Counted from the stretch's first letter, positions 1 to 9,216 are shown. The stretch is 64,000 nucleotides of DNA from Saccharofermentans sp. (GCA_045639635.1 JAZUDM010000038.1:1747-65746), one strand, 5' to 3'. Numbers and translations are program-made. The notes: a model not told the origin generated them from the sequence alone.

Positions 1-220
1 TCTGATTGTTAAGTTCTTCGATTTCGCTAGAAATCTGCTCATTGCTAGCCTGCAATGCCTTATAGTAGTCAAGCTTTGCCTGAAGCTGTGCCTGCTCTAC
101 TTCGAGATTATAGTTCTTGTCACTAAGTGGCTTGATACCGAGAAGGTAAATAGCCAAGATCAACAAGCCGATACCCAAAAGGATAATGAGATATTTTTCA
201 CGTGGACCTAAATTACTCAT
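1..220 (-). CDS. PilO/GspM-like type IV pilus alignment protein, 3'-truncated by window edge
   Basis: ATG at 220 overlaps the pilN stop (TAATG). Open frame to base 1: MSNLGPREKYLIILLGIGLLILAIYLLGIKPLSDKNYNLEVEQAQLQAKLDYYKALQ... (single TM then coiled coil). Position after pilM-pilN. Confidence 0.65.
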   Translation of the reverse strand, partial: MSNLGPREKYLIILLGIGLLILAIYLLGIKPLSDKNYNLEVEQAQLQAKLDYYKALQASNEQISSEIEELNNQ

Positions 221-1128
221 TATGCTTCACCTCCCTCTTCTGTTTCTTCAACTACTGGTGAGTAGTAACATTCGATTACGATATTACGCTGTGCTGTACC
301 AGATACTGCATCTGCATCAATGAATGCCTGCAATGTCTCAGGTGAAACTTCAACGCCATCAATCTTAACCTTTGTAAGTACATAATTATCATATGTAGCA
401 ATGTACTCAAATCTATAGTCAGAACCTGGCTTCAATGCCTGAGTCTGTACACCAGTAAGAGCAGAAACTGTTACACCATCATCCAAGTAAGATGAGAATG
501 AAACGTATACATCAGATGTGAGGTTACCTGTAATTGTGAACATGTAGCATGCATCAAAGTACTGAACACCCTCTACGAAATCCTGATTACCAGGAACGAG
601 CTCTGTTCTAACGATCTCGATGTCAGGAGCTACGAATACGTCTCTTGACTGAATTCTGTTCATCATCTCAAGAGCACTATAGTAGTTGTATGTGTAACCA
701 ACGATCTGAGCCTCTTCACCTGTGAAGATGTATGTCTGGATGAATGTGTCGTTTGGAACATTATCACCAAGAACATCACAAAGTGCTACAGGAGCTGGCT
801 GAACCTCATCAACTGCCATACGCATCTGTGAAAGTGTATAGAAGTACTGAGCCTTAGAAACAATCTCTGCCTGGAGATCACGAGCCTGTGCATCAAGCTC
901 AGCGTACTCTGGCTTAGCAAGCTCCTTCTTCAAATCATTAACAGAGTTGTTTAAGTTAAACCATCTGTATCCCTGATAACCAAGGACTACGAGTGTAATA
1001 CCAACTGCAACAAGAGCAACAATAGCTACAATGGCAAGTGCCTGAGCCTGCTTACGTGCACTGGCTGTAAAAGCGGCGAAAAAGTTAATATCGTTCTTAA
1101 CTACGCCTTTGTTTGAACCGAAAGCCAT
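220..1128 (-). CDS. pilN: Type IV pilus assembly protein PilN-like, with C-terminal extension (302 aa)
   Basis: N-terminal NDINFF motif (PilM-binding INLL-like), one TM helix, coiled coil, ferredoxin-like core (AQIVGYTYNYYSALEMMNRIQ). Directly downstream of pilM. Confidence 0.75.
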   Translation of the reverse strand: MAFGSNKGVVKNDINFFAAFTASARKQAQALAIVAIVALVAVGITLVVLGYQGYRWFNLNNSVNDLKKELAKPEYAELDAQARDLQAEIVSKAQYFYTLSQMRMAVDEVQPAPVALCDVLGDNVPNDTFIQTYIFTGEEAQIVGYTYNYYSALEMMNRIQSRDVFVAPDIEIVRTELVPGNQDFVEGVQYFDACYMFTITGNLTSDVYVSFSSYLDDGVTVSALTGVQTQALKPGSDYRFEYIATYDNYVLTKVKIDGVEVSPETLQAFIDADAVSGTAQRNIVIECYYSPVVEETEEGGEA

Positions 1129-1141
1129 TTAATTCCCCTCC

Positions 1142-2257
1142 TTAGTCATTACGAATTAACGCACCGCAGCAGTTTACGAACTGTGGCAATGTGAAATCCT
1201 TAGGTCCGCGTACTGTGCTAATAGCATTAAGTACTTCAACCTGTGTGCCGAGCTGTCTTGAAAGTTCCTTATCAATCTTCTTGTACTCAGCACCTGAACC
1301 ATAAAGGAGACATGTACCGATACTGTCGATGTGGAACTTAGAAATTGCAAACTGAGCTGTTCTTGATACTGCATCAACAAGGCTCTTAAAGTAAGCATTT
1401 ACAGCACTCTGGAGAGAAGGAATCTCTGCAAGTGACTCGTGCCATACATCAATCTCTTCGATTGCAACAGAGAGGTCTGAATCTGACTTAGTGATGTTAA
1501 GTCTCTTAGCAAGTGAAGACTGTGTCTGAGCACCGCCCTGCATCTTCTTAATAGACTCAGCAACCTGACGAACATTAGCATGACCAAACTGAAGTCTTCT
1601 TGAAAGAACTGGGAATCCCTTGTCAAGGATAGTAATTGTTGTTACTGTGCTTGAAAGCTCAATAAGAAGAAGTGTTGACTGTGTAATATTGATATTGCTG
1701 TTGATGATACCTGATGAGAAAAGCTTTCTAACAGCGTTAGAGTTACAGTCCATAGCTACAGCTGTAAGATCAAGATTCTTAATGAAATCTCTGTACTCAC
1801 TGATTGTCTCTACTGGAACTGCGATAGCTCTGATCTTGAGCTTATCAGCATTTGTATCAACATCCTTTGTTGTACCAGTAACGATATACTCAATGTTCAT
1901 ATCCTTATTAGTACCCTGACCCATTACCTCGTAACGAACCATGTCTGCGAGCTGCTCAGCCTTTACCTTAGGGAGCTCAAGGTCACGTGAGTGAACGAAA
2001 GCACCATCAGTTGTGATGATACAGTTCTTATTCTTGATGTCGAGCTTAGCGAAAGCATGCTTCAAAGCCATGATTACGCTAAATGAATCAGCAATTGCAC
2101 CATCTGCGATAGCATCAGCCTCGAGTGGAACAATACCAACCTTTTCCAAAACAAGATTCTTTGTCTTTGGATTAAATTCGCCTACGGCGATCTTTACATT
2201 TGAACTTGATGTATCAATAACCAAGTTTGTTGTACTTGAAAAATCTAAAAAACCCAT
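1142..2257 (-). CDS. pilM: Type IV pilus assembly protein PilM (actin/FtsA-like)
   Basis: IDTSSSNVKIA N-terminus, LLIELSSTVTTITI...PVLSRRLQFG, LLYGSGA, ends CCGALIR. Operon context. Confidence 0.85.
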   Translation of the reverse strand: MGFLDFSSTTNLVIDTSSSNVKIAVGEFNPKTKNLVLEKVGIVPLEADAIADGAIADSFSVIMALKHAFAKLDIKNKNCIITTDGAFVHSRDLELPKVKAEQLADMVRYEVMGQGTNKDMNIEYIVTGTTKDVDTNADKLKIRAIAVPVETISEYRDFIKNLDLTAVAMDCNSNAVRKLFSSGIINSNINITQSTLLLIELSSTVTTITILDKGFPVLSRRLQFGHANVRQVAESIKKMQGGAQTQSSLAKRLNITKSDSDLSVAIEEIDVWHESLAEIPSLQSAVNAYFKSLVDAVSRTAQFAISKFHIDSIGTCLLYGSGAEYKKIDKELSRQLGTQVEVLNAISTVRGPKDFTLPQFVNCCGALIRND

Positions 2258-2279
2258 TTAAATCTACTCCTTTCTTATA

Positions 2280-3488
2280 TCACATGATGAACTTAGCCAT
2301 TGTGAAGATAGGCATTGCGATAGCACCTACTGTTGTACCTACGAGGATAGCCATGAGGATAATCATGATAGGCTCGAGGGCAGATACCATCTTCTGAGTA
2401 GCGGCATCAGCCTCATCCTCAAAATAGTCAGCAGCCTTATCGAGAATTGTATCAAGAGTACCTGACTCCTCACCGATAGCAACCATTGCATAAATCATTG
2501 GTGGGAACTCAGTAATATTCTTGATTGACTTTGAGAGTGAAGTACCCTTACGGATCTCAAGTCTTGCATCGGCAAGCTTCTTCTCAAGAATTCTGTTATC
2601 AAGTGAAGCTGCTGTAATCTCAACTGACTGCAATACAGAAAGACCAGACTTAAGAAGTGTAGATACAGTTCTTGTAAATCTAGATGCAGCTGTAAGCTTT
2701 GTAGCCTTACCTACAATAGGAACTGTAAGCATAAGCTTTGACCACTGCATTGAACCAGTATCGCTCTTTTTCCATGTTGTGAAACCATACCAGAGACCAA
2801 GACCAACGAGAAGGTAAACCCACCAGAAGTGTACAAGAGAATCTGAAACCTTCATAACAGCCTTAGTAAGAGCTGGCAAGTCACCACCCAAGTCCTTAAT
2901 TGTATCAGCGATACCAGGAACAAGGAATGTCAAAAGACCTACTGTAATACCGATTGTAAGGAAGAAGAGAATCTTAGGATATACCATTGCAGAAGAAATC
3001 TTATTCTTAAGCTTTGCTTCCTTCTGGAAGTGTGCTGCGAGTCGCTCCATGATTTCGTCAAGTCTACCTGACTCCTCACCGGCAGCAACCATACTTACCA
3101 TAATCTGTGGAAGTGCGTCACGCTGATCCTTAAATGCTTCTGAGAGAGTTTTACCAGACTGGATGTCCTCGTAAATCTCACCTACAACCTTTCTTGCAGG
3201 CTTAGAATCAACCTGCTGATAGAGCATATCGAGAGCTCTGATAATTGTAATGCCGGCAGACAAAAGTGATGCCAACTGTCTGGAGATAAGAACAAGTTCT
3301 TTCGTATTAAGCTTCTTACGAGTGATTTCCATGTTCAAAACGCCAGGACCATTATCAAGTTCAATCTTAACAACAAACTTGTTGTCTGCTTTAAGCTGTC
3401 TTGATGCATCAGCGATACTGTTCGCTGTCAATACACCAGTTGACTGCTTTCCAGAAGCATCAAGAACTTGATATCTGAAATTTGCCAT
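2280..3488 (-). CDS. pilC: Type IV pilus platform protein PilC (GspF family)
   Basis: Two GspF repeats (AGEESGRLDEIMERLA; IGEESGTLDTILDKAADYFE), SSAMVYP and ALEPIMI motifs. Confidence 0.95.
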   Translation of the reverse strand: MANFRYQVLDASGKQSTGVLTANSIADASRQLKADNKFVVKIELDNGPGVLNMEITRKKLNTKELVLISRQLASLLSAGITIIRALDMLYQQVDSKPARKVVGEIYEDIQSGKTLSEAFKDQRDALPQIMVSMVAAGEESGRLDEIMERLAAHFQKEAKLKNKISSAMVYPKILFFLTIGITVGLLTFLVPGIADTIKDLGGDLPALTKAVMKVSDSLVHFWWVYLLVGLGLWYGFTTWKKSDTGSMQWSKLMLTVPIVGKATKLTAASRFTRTVSTLLKSGLSVLQSVEITAASLDNRILEKKLADARLEIRKGTSLSKSIKNITEFPPMIYAMVAIGEESGTLDTILDKAADYFEDEADAATQKMVSALEPIMIILMAILVGTTVGAIAMPIFTMAKFIM

Positions 3489-3528
3489 ATATCATTCTCC
3501 TCCTATTTTTTATCGTAAAGAAAATTTA

Positions 3529-4644
3529 TTAAACGAAATCGAGATCGCCGAACAATGGGCTGTTTGCTGGACCACCAACATTGTTGATATATCTCTTAAG
3601 ATCCTCTGGGAAACGGCATCTGCTAAGAGCAGTCTCTCTAGAAATGATCTTTCGCTTAACGAGCTCAGCAAGATAGAAATCCAATGGGCACATACCTGTC
3701 TGAAGGCTTGTGGCAATTGTACTATCAATCTGATAAGTTTTACCCTCACGGATATTGTTACGGATAGCGTCATTAGCAAGCATGATTTCGAATGCTGCAC
3801 AACGTCCGCCTGTCATCTTAGGAACGAGAGTCTGACAGATTACAGCGATAAGGATTGAACCAAGCTGTACTCTGATCTGATCCTGCTGATGAGGAGGGAA
3901 TACGTCAATGATACGGTTAACTGTATCTGATGCACTTGATGTATGAAGTGTAGACATAACAAGGTGACCTGTCTCGGCTGCTGTAATAGCAGTACTGATT
4001 GTATCAAGGTCTCTCATCTCACCTACGAGAATTACATCTGGATCCTCACGAAGAGCAGCTCTAAGAGCGTTTGCGAATGACAATGTATCCTCGTGAATCT
4101 CTCTCTGGTTAATCATTGCCTCACCATGCTCGTGAAGATACTCGATAGGCTCCTCGAGTGTAAGGATGTGACACTTCTTAACGCTGTTTACGTGACCAAC
4201 CATTGCGGCAAGTGTTGTTGACTTACCAGAACCTGTAGGACCTGTTACAAGAATAAGTCCACGTGGTCTCATAGCAATCTCCTTGAAGATAGCTGGAAGT
4301 CCAAGCTTCTCGCAAGTTGGGATTTCATTTGTAATAGTTCTTGCAGCAAGAGAATAAGATCCACGCTGCTTGTAGATATTACATCTGAAACGGCTGAAAT
4401 CAGCTACAACGTATGAGAAGTCGATCTCACCACGCTCAGCGAGATACTGCTGACGTGAACGGTCGATCATTGACTTACACAAAAACTCTGTGTCAGCTGA
4501 TGTCAATACCTGATTGCTAAGTGGCATAAGCTCACCACTTACACGAATCATTGGTGGCAAACCTACTGTGATGTGAGTATCGGAAGCGCCTCTTCTAACT
4601 GCCTCAGAAAGAATGGCTTCCATTGTTAATGAAAATTCCTCCAC
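3529..4644 (-). CDS. pilT: Type IV pilus retraction ATPase PilT
   Basis: Walker A GPTGSGKSTT, LREDPDVILVGEMRD, TGHLVMSTLHT, AIRNNIRE (AIRNLIRE motif). GTG start with GGAGG SD. Confidence 0.95.
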   Translation of the reverse strand: MEEFSLTMEAILSEAVRRGASDTHITVGLPPMIRVSGELMPLSNQVLTSADTEFLCKSMIDRSRQQYLAERGEIDFSYVVADFSRFRCNIYKQRGSYSLAARTITNEIPTCEKLGLPAIFKEIAMRPRGLILVTGPTGSGKSTTLAAMVGHVNSVKKCHILTLEEPIEYLHEHGEAMINQREIHEDTLSFANALRAALREDPDVILVGEMRDLDTISTAITAAETGHLVMSTLHTSSASDTVNRIIDVFPPHQQDQIRVQLGSILIAVICQTLVPKMTGGRCAAFEIMLANDAIRNNIREGKTYQIDSTIATSLQTGMCPLDFYLAELVKRKIISRETALSRCRFPEDLKRYINNVGGPANSPLFGDLDFV

Positions 4645-4662
4645 CTACTATTTCCTCCTTAA

Positions 4663-6333
4663 TTATGAATCAATTGAATATGCAACACGGTTGAGCTCGT
4701 CAACTGTTGTAATACCTTCAAGACACAAAGCAGCTGCAGAATCAGCAAGCATCTGTGTACCTTCCTTAACAGCAAGCTGTCTCATATCTTCTTCACTTGC
4801 TCTCTTCTCAAGAAGTGACTTCATGCCCTTTGTCATAACGACAATCTCATGAATAGCAATTCGGCCCTTGTAACCACTGCCGTTGCAGTCTGTACAGCCT
4901 TCACCCTTATAGAGCTTCTGGCCAGGCTCAAGGTGGAACTTTTCAATATCGCTCTCATCTGGATCATAAGTCTTACGACAACCAGTACAGATTCTTCTAA
5001 CGAGACGCTGAGATACAACGCCTACGAGAGCAGAAGATACCATGTATGGCTCAAGACCCATATCGATAAGACGGTTAATAGATGAAACGGCATCGTTAGT
5101 ATGGATAGTACTAAATACAAGGTGACCTGTAATAGCAGCTCTCATAGCAATCTCGGCTGTCTCACCATCTCGAATCTCTCCGACGAGGATGATATCAGGG
5201 TCCTGACGGAGGATAGAACGAAGACCACTTGCGAATGTCATACCAGCCTTAGCGTTAACCTGTACCTGGTTAAGGCCTGGGATACGAATCTCGACAGGGT
5301 CCTCTACTGTGATAATGTTTGTCTCTGGATCATTCTTCTCAGCGAGAAGTGTATAAAGTGTTGTTGTCTTACCAGAACCAGTAGGACCAGAAATAAGACA
5401 GATACCCTGTGGAACCTTAATGATCTTATCAATAAGAGCATTATTGTGATCACTGATACCAAGATATCTTCTATTGAGGTTACCATCGTTCTTGGCAAGA
5501 ATACGAATAACGGTCTTCTCACCTGTGATACAAGGAAGAATAGATACACGCATGTCTACAGGAGTGCCGTTAATCTCTGTCTGGATACGACCGTCCTGAG
5601 GGATACGCTTCTCGGCGATGTTCATACCACCGAGGATCTTAATTCTTGTGATAATAGCGTCTCTGGCGTTAAGAGGGTTACTCATGATCTCCTGCATAAC
5701 ACCGTCGATACGAATTCTAACTCTAACTCGATCCTCCATTGGCTCAATATGAATATCAGAAGAACCTGCTCTGATAGCATATTCAATCATTGAGTTTACG
5801 AGCTTTACTACAGGGGCACTGTTAACTGCCTCGGAGATTTCCTCACTGATTCCCTCCAAATCATCTGAATCGAAATCAGCATCGAGCTCCTGAGCAGCCT
5901 TTGCTGCGCTCTCTCTACCATAGTTTACCTTGATAGTGTCGATAATTCCTGATCTTGTAGCAAGCATGAGGATAATCTGATAACCAGTACGGAACTGCAA
6001 GTCGTCCTGTACAAGAATGTTAAGCGGATCGTCGATAGCAACTACAAGCTGATCATCATCAAAACCGATTGGAACTACTGTGTTCTCTGTGCAATACTTC
6101 TCATCAAGAAGTGCAGTCGCCTTAGGATCAACCTCGATACTTGTGAGGTCAATGATAGGATAGTCATACTGGCTTGATACCGCACGGAGGATGTCGAACT
6201 CAGTCATGAGTCCCATCTCTGTGATAACTTCTCCTAAACGCTTTCCACTCTCTTTCTGAACGCTCAAAGCTTCAGCTAGTTCGGCTGCAGTAAGAAATCC
6301 ACTCTCGATGAGAATGTCACCTAATCTCTTCAT
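4663..6333 (-). CDS. pilB: Type IV pilus assembly ATPase PilB with N-terminal MshEN domain
   Basis: SDIHIEP, EKRIPQDGR, GPTGSGKTTT, RQDPDIILVGEIRD, tetracysteine CTGC...CTDC, GYKGRIAIHE. Tandem RLG repeats at the N-terminus. Confidence 0.95.
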   Translation of the reverse strand: MKRLGDILIESGFLTAAELAEALSVQKESGKRLGEVITEMGLMTEFDILRAVSSQYDYPIIDLTSIEVDPKATALLDEKYCTENTVVPIGFDDDQLVVAIDDPLNILVQDDLQFRTGYQIILMLATRSGIIDTIKVNYGRESAAKAAQELDADFDSDDLEGISEEISEAVNSAPVVKLVNSMIEYAIRAGSSDIHIEPMEDRVRVRIRIDGVMQEIMSNPLNARDAIITRIKILGGMNIAEKRIPQDGRIQTEINGTPVDMRVSILPCITGEKTVIRILAKNDGNLNRRYLGISDHNNALIDKIIKVPQGICLISGPTGSGKTTTLYTLLAEKNDPETNIITVEDPVEIRIPGLNQVQVNAKAGMTFASGLRSILRQDPDIILVGEIRDGETAEIAMRAAITGHLVFSTIHTNDAVSSINRLIDMGLEPYMVSSALVGVVSQRLVRRICTGCRKTYDPDESDIEKFHLEPGQKLYKGEGCTDCNGSGYKGRIAIHEIVVMTKGMKSLLEKRASEEDMRQLAVKEGTQMLADSAAALCLEGITTVDELNRVAYSIDS

Positions 6334-6360
6334 AAATAGCCTCCCTGTAAATCTCTATAA

Positions 6361-6399
6361 GAAAACCTCTCGCGCACCCTAATTTTGTGCGCAGTTTCC
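6361..6399 (-). other. Hairpin in the predicted 5' UTR of the pil operon
   Basis: Minus strand GGAAAC-TGCGCAC-AAAATTAGG-GTGCGCG-AGAG-GTTTTC pairs as two stacked stems. It lies between the predicted promoter and the pilB SD. Confidence 0.45.
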
Positions 6400-6416
6400 C
6401 TAAATATACAGGTTAA

Positions 6417-6445
6417 AGAATACAACAGGATGGGGTAAAAAACAA
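6417..6445 (-). promoter_or_regulatory. Putative sigma-A promoter of the pilB operon
   Basis: Minus strand TTGTTT (6445-6440), 17 bp, TATTCT (6422-6417). Confidence 0.45.
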
Positions 6446-6527
6446 GTTTTTTTATCATTTATAAAAGGCGTGTAATTTAAAAGTAACTATCTTTATGCTA
6501 TATTTTATTCGAAGGTAGGTACGGTAA

Positions 6528-7373
6528 ATGGACTTTTTTGCACTCGTTCACGGTTATTTTTATGTATTTTTCGCTATTCTTGGCGTAGTTATTGGAAGTT
6601 TTCTTAATGTTGTTATTTATAGAACACCTCAGGCACGTACAATTGTCAAAGGACATTCAATGTGTATGAGCTGTGGTCACGAACTTGCTGCCAAGGACCT
6701 GGTTCCTGTATTCAGCTGGCTTTTGCTCAGAGGAAAGTGCCGTTATTGTAAGGCACCAGTTCCTTCAAGATATTTCAAAATTGAGACATTAACAGGAATT
6801 GTATTTCTTGTTGTTACTTTATTACATAAATCCTGCCTTATTGTTTTTGATATTTATCTTAATTCAAATTTATTCAGTATTCAGGCTGTAGCGCGTCTTG
6901 TTTACCATCTTGCATTCCTTATTTCATGCTGTATGGTTATTTCTGCCATGATGATCTGGTACGACACAATTAACAAGTGCTTCTGGCGTCTCCCTGTTAT
7001 CACTATTTCCCTTGCGCTTTCAACAGAGATTTTTGTTGCTATTGTTTTCGAGCATACTGTTGGTGTTTTTGCTCTTAACTTTGGACTTAAGGTTCTTCGC
7101 CTTTTGCTTGTTCCAGCAGTTGGCTTCATCGTTTACCTTATTACTCGCAGAAAGTATACAAAAAACGAATTAACTATGGATCTTACTTTCGGTGGTATAT
7201 TCCTATTTACTGATTATCTTATGTTTACAACACCATGGATTATTGCTCCAGCATTTGCTTTGGCTTTGGCACTCTTAAGAAGCCTTTCAGCCGGCAAAAA
7301 GCCTGAGCGCTATGTTGGCATCATTGGTGCCTCTGTGGTTGTTATTTACCTTATTTTGAGTTATATTATTTAA
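6528..7373 (+). CDS. pilD: Prepilin peptidase/N-methyltransferase PilD-like (A24 N-terminal domain intact, peptidase domain degenerate)
   Basis: GSFLNVVIYRTP, CMSC...DLVPVFSWLLLRGKCRYCK. Hydrophobic C-terminal half lacks the GxGD motif. Extended -10 TGCTATATT at 6496-6504. Confidence 0.75.
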   Translation: MDFFALVHGYFYVFFAILGVVIGSFLNVVIYRTPQARTIVKGHSMCMSCGHELAAKDLVPVFSWLLLRGKCRYCKAPVPSRYFKIETLTGIVFLVVTLLHKSCLIVFDIYLNSNLFSIQAVARLVYHLAFLISCCMVISAMMIWYDTINKCFWRLPVITISLALSTEIFVAIVFEHTVGVFALNFGLKVLRLLLVPAVGFIVYLITRRKYTKNELTMDLTFGGIFLFTDYLMFTTPWIIAPAFALALALLRSLSAGKKPERYVGIIGASVVVIYLILSYII

Positions 7374-7410
7374 GTTTTTAATAAGTATATTATTATTTTT
7401 GGAGGTATAT

Positions 7411-8136
7411 ATGTCCGGTCATTCCAAATGGAACAATATCAAGAGAAAGAAGGAAGCTTCTGATGCTGCAAAGGGTGCAGTATTCACAAAGATTGCTAAG
7501 GAAATCGCAGTAGCTGTTAAGGCTGGCGGTCCTGATCCTGATGGTAACTCTAGACTTAAGGACGTAATTTCTAAGGCTAAGGCAGCAAACATGCCTAATG
7601 ACAACATTAAGCGTGCTATCGCAAAGGCTGCTGGCGCAGGTGAAGGCGACGATTACGAGGAGATCACATACGAGGGTTACGGCCCAGGCGGAGTTGCTTT
7701 CATGGTAAAGACTCTTACAAATAACCGTAACAGAACTGCTGCTGATGTTAGACACATCTTTACAAAGTACGGCGGATCTTTGGGCGTTGATGGCAGTGTA
7801 TCTTTCCTTTTCGAGGAAAAGGGTGTAATCCTTATTTCTAAGGAAGATTACGAGGATGAGGATACAGTTACAATGGATGCTCTTGATTGTGGCGCAGCTG
7901 ATTTCCTTGCAGAGGATGAGTACTACGAGGTAGATACAGATCCTTCAGATTACTATGCTGTAAAGGATGCTCTTGAGGCTAAGGGCTATGAGTTCATCGA
8001 CTCAAGCTGTGGTCCTGTTGCAATCACACCAACAGTAGTTACAGATGCTGACATTATTACTTCACTCGAGAAGATGCTTGATATGCTCGAGGAGAACGAA
8101 GACGTTCAGGATTATTACTATACTTGGGATAACTAA
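7411..8136 (+). CDS. yebC: YebC/PmpR family protein
   Basis: MSGHSKWNNIKRKK, GGPDPDGNSRL, YEGYGPGGVA, TNNRNRTAADVR. GGAGG SD before ATG 7411. Confidence 0.97.
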   Translation: MSGHSKWNNIKRKKEASDAAKGAVFTKIAKEIAVAVKAGGPDPDGNSRLKDVISKAKAANMPNDNIKRAIAKAAGAGEGDDYEEITYEGYGPGGVAFMVKTLTNNRNRTAADVRHIFTKYGGSLGVDGSVSFLFEEKGVILISKEDYEDEDTVTMDALDCGAADFLAEDEYYEVDTDPSDYYAVKDALEAKGYEFIDSSCGPVAITPTVVTDADIITSLEKMLDMLEENEDVQDYYYTWDN

Positions 8137-8154
8137 TTAATTGAGGTAAGTTTT

Positions 8155-9216
8155 ATGGCACAGGATGAACTTAATAATTCATCTGAAGTTCAGGAGAGTG
8201 CAAATAATCACTCTCAGCCACGTCGTGGTGTTTTGATTCCTGAATTGCGTGCCACTTTGCGTCGATTTGAGCGTTCTTCTGAAAGCCGTTCACATCGTAA
8301 CTCACCTGAATTATCCATAGACGATATTATGAGCAGCGAGGCTTTGACACGTGATGCGTTGTCAAAGATCGCTGTTTGTGCGTTTGTAGGACCTTCTGGT
8401 ACTGGTAAGAGTACCCGTGCTATTTCTGTAGCACGTTCTAACGATATCCATTTCCTTATTGACGATGGACTTCTCGTTAATGGTAGCCGAATTGTTGCAG
8501 GTACTTCTGCAAAGAAGGCGCCAACAAAGATGGAATCTGTTCGTCAGGCTTTGTTTGTTGACCCAACACGTTCTGCTGTAATGAGAAGAGCGCTTGTTGA
8601 GTCTGCTCCTACTGCCCTGATGATTCTTGGTACAAGTGATTCCATGCTCCAGAAAATCACTACAAACCTCTGGCTTAATGCTCCTTCAATGCTTATCCGT
8701 ATTGAGGACGTTACAACTGAGCAGGAGCGCCGTCATGCGAGAAATACACGTATGACAGAAGGTATGCATACAATTCCTGTTCCTAGCATGGAGATTAAGC
8801 ATGAGTTCTCTGGTTACTTTGCTGATCCTATTAACAGAATCAGACAGAGACTCGAGCTTGAGCATTCAAGCAGCCTTTCGATTGAGAATGGTGAGCAGGA
8901 ACGTACAATGGTACGTCCTACCTTCTCTTCCCTTGGTTCTTATTCTATTTCCGATGATGCACTTCTCGATTTAATTAAGATTGCTCTTAAGGATATTCCT
9001 GGAGTTGCCAAGGTAATGGATTTCAAAACTGAGAAGCGTACTATCGGAGTTGTTATTAATTTCGGTCTTGCACTTTACTATGGTTATGACGCACAGCAGG
9101 TTTTATTCGATGTGCAGCAGAAGGTTGGTAAAACAATCGAGGAATTTACTGCCATCACTATCGTCGCTGTTAATGTGCGTGCAGCGCGTCTCGTTCACTC
9201 TAAGGAGGCAATATGA
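8155..9216 (+). CDS. P-loop NTPase fused to a C-terminal Asp23/Gls24-like domain
   Basis: GPSGTGKS, IDDGLL, ILGTS, HTIPVP...FSGYF. C-terminal GVVINFGLALYYGY...VQQKVGKTIEEFTAITIVAVNV resembles Asp23. Confidence 0.65.
   Translation: MAQDELNNSSEVQESANNHSQPRRGVLIPELRATLRRFERSSESRSHRNSPELSIDDIMSSEALTRDALSKIAVCAFVGPSGTGKSTRAISVARSNDIHFLIDDGLLVNGSRIVAGTSAKKAPTKMESVRQALFVDPTRSAVMRRALVESAPTALMILGTSDSMLQKITTNLWLNAPSMLIRIEDVTTEQERRHARNTRMTEGMHTIPVPSMEIKHEFSGYFADPINRIRQRLELEHSSSLSIENGEQERTMVRPTFSSLGSYSISDDALLDLIKIALKDIPGVAKVMDFKTEKRTIGVVINFGLALYYGYDAQQVLFDVQQKVGKTIEEFTAITIVAVNVRAARLVHSKEAI

Noticed and set aside
1142-2257. PilM nucleotide-binding motif reads IDTSSS rather than IDIGSS
   Set aside because: A single-position deviation in a protein that is a scaffold anyway; not enough to claim anything.
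5101-5793. 230-aa plus-strand ORF inside pilB, and similar antisense ORFs (e.g. 35109..35594, 60309..60926, 20267..20737)
   Set aside because: Shadow frames opposite strongly codon-biased genes; no SD, no recognisable motifs.
6340-6420. c-di-GMP-I/II riboswitch upstream of pilB
   Set aside because: The leader starts with GGAAAC like class II aptamers but lacks the GGGCAC...GTGCAACC pseudoknot core and kink-turn, and lacks the class I GCAAA/GAAA-tetraloop pattern. It is also too short. Kept only as a generic hairpin.
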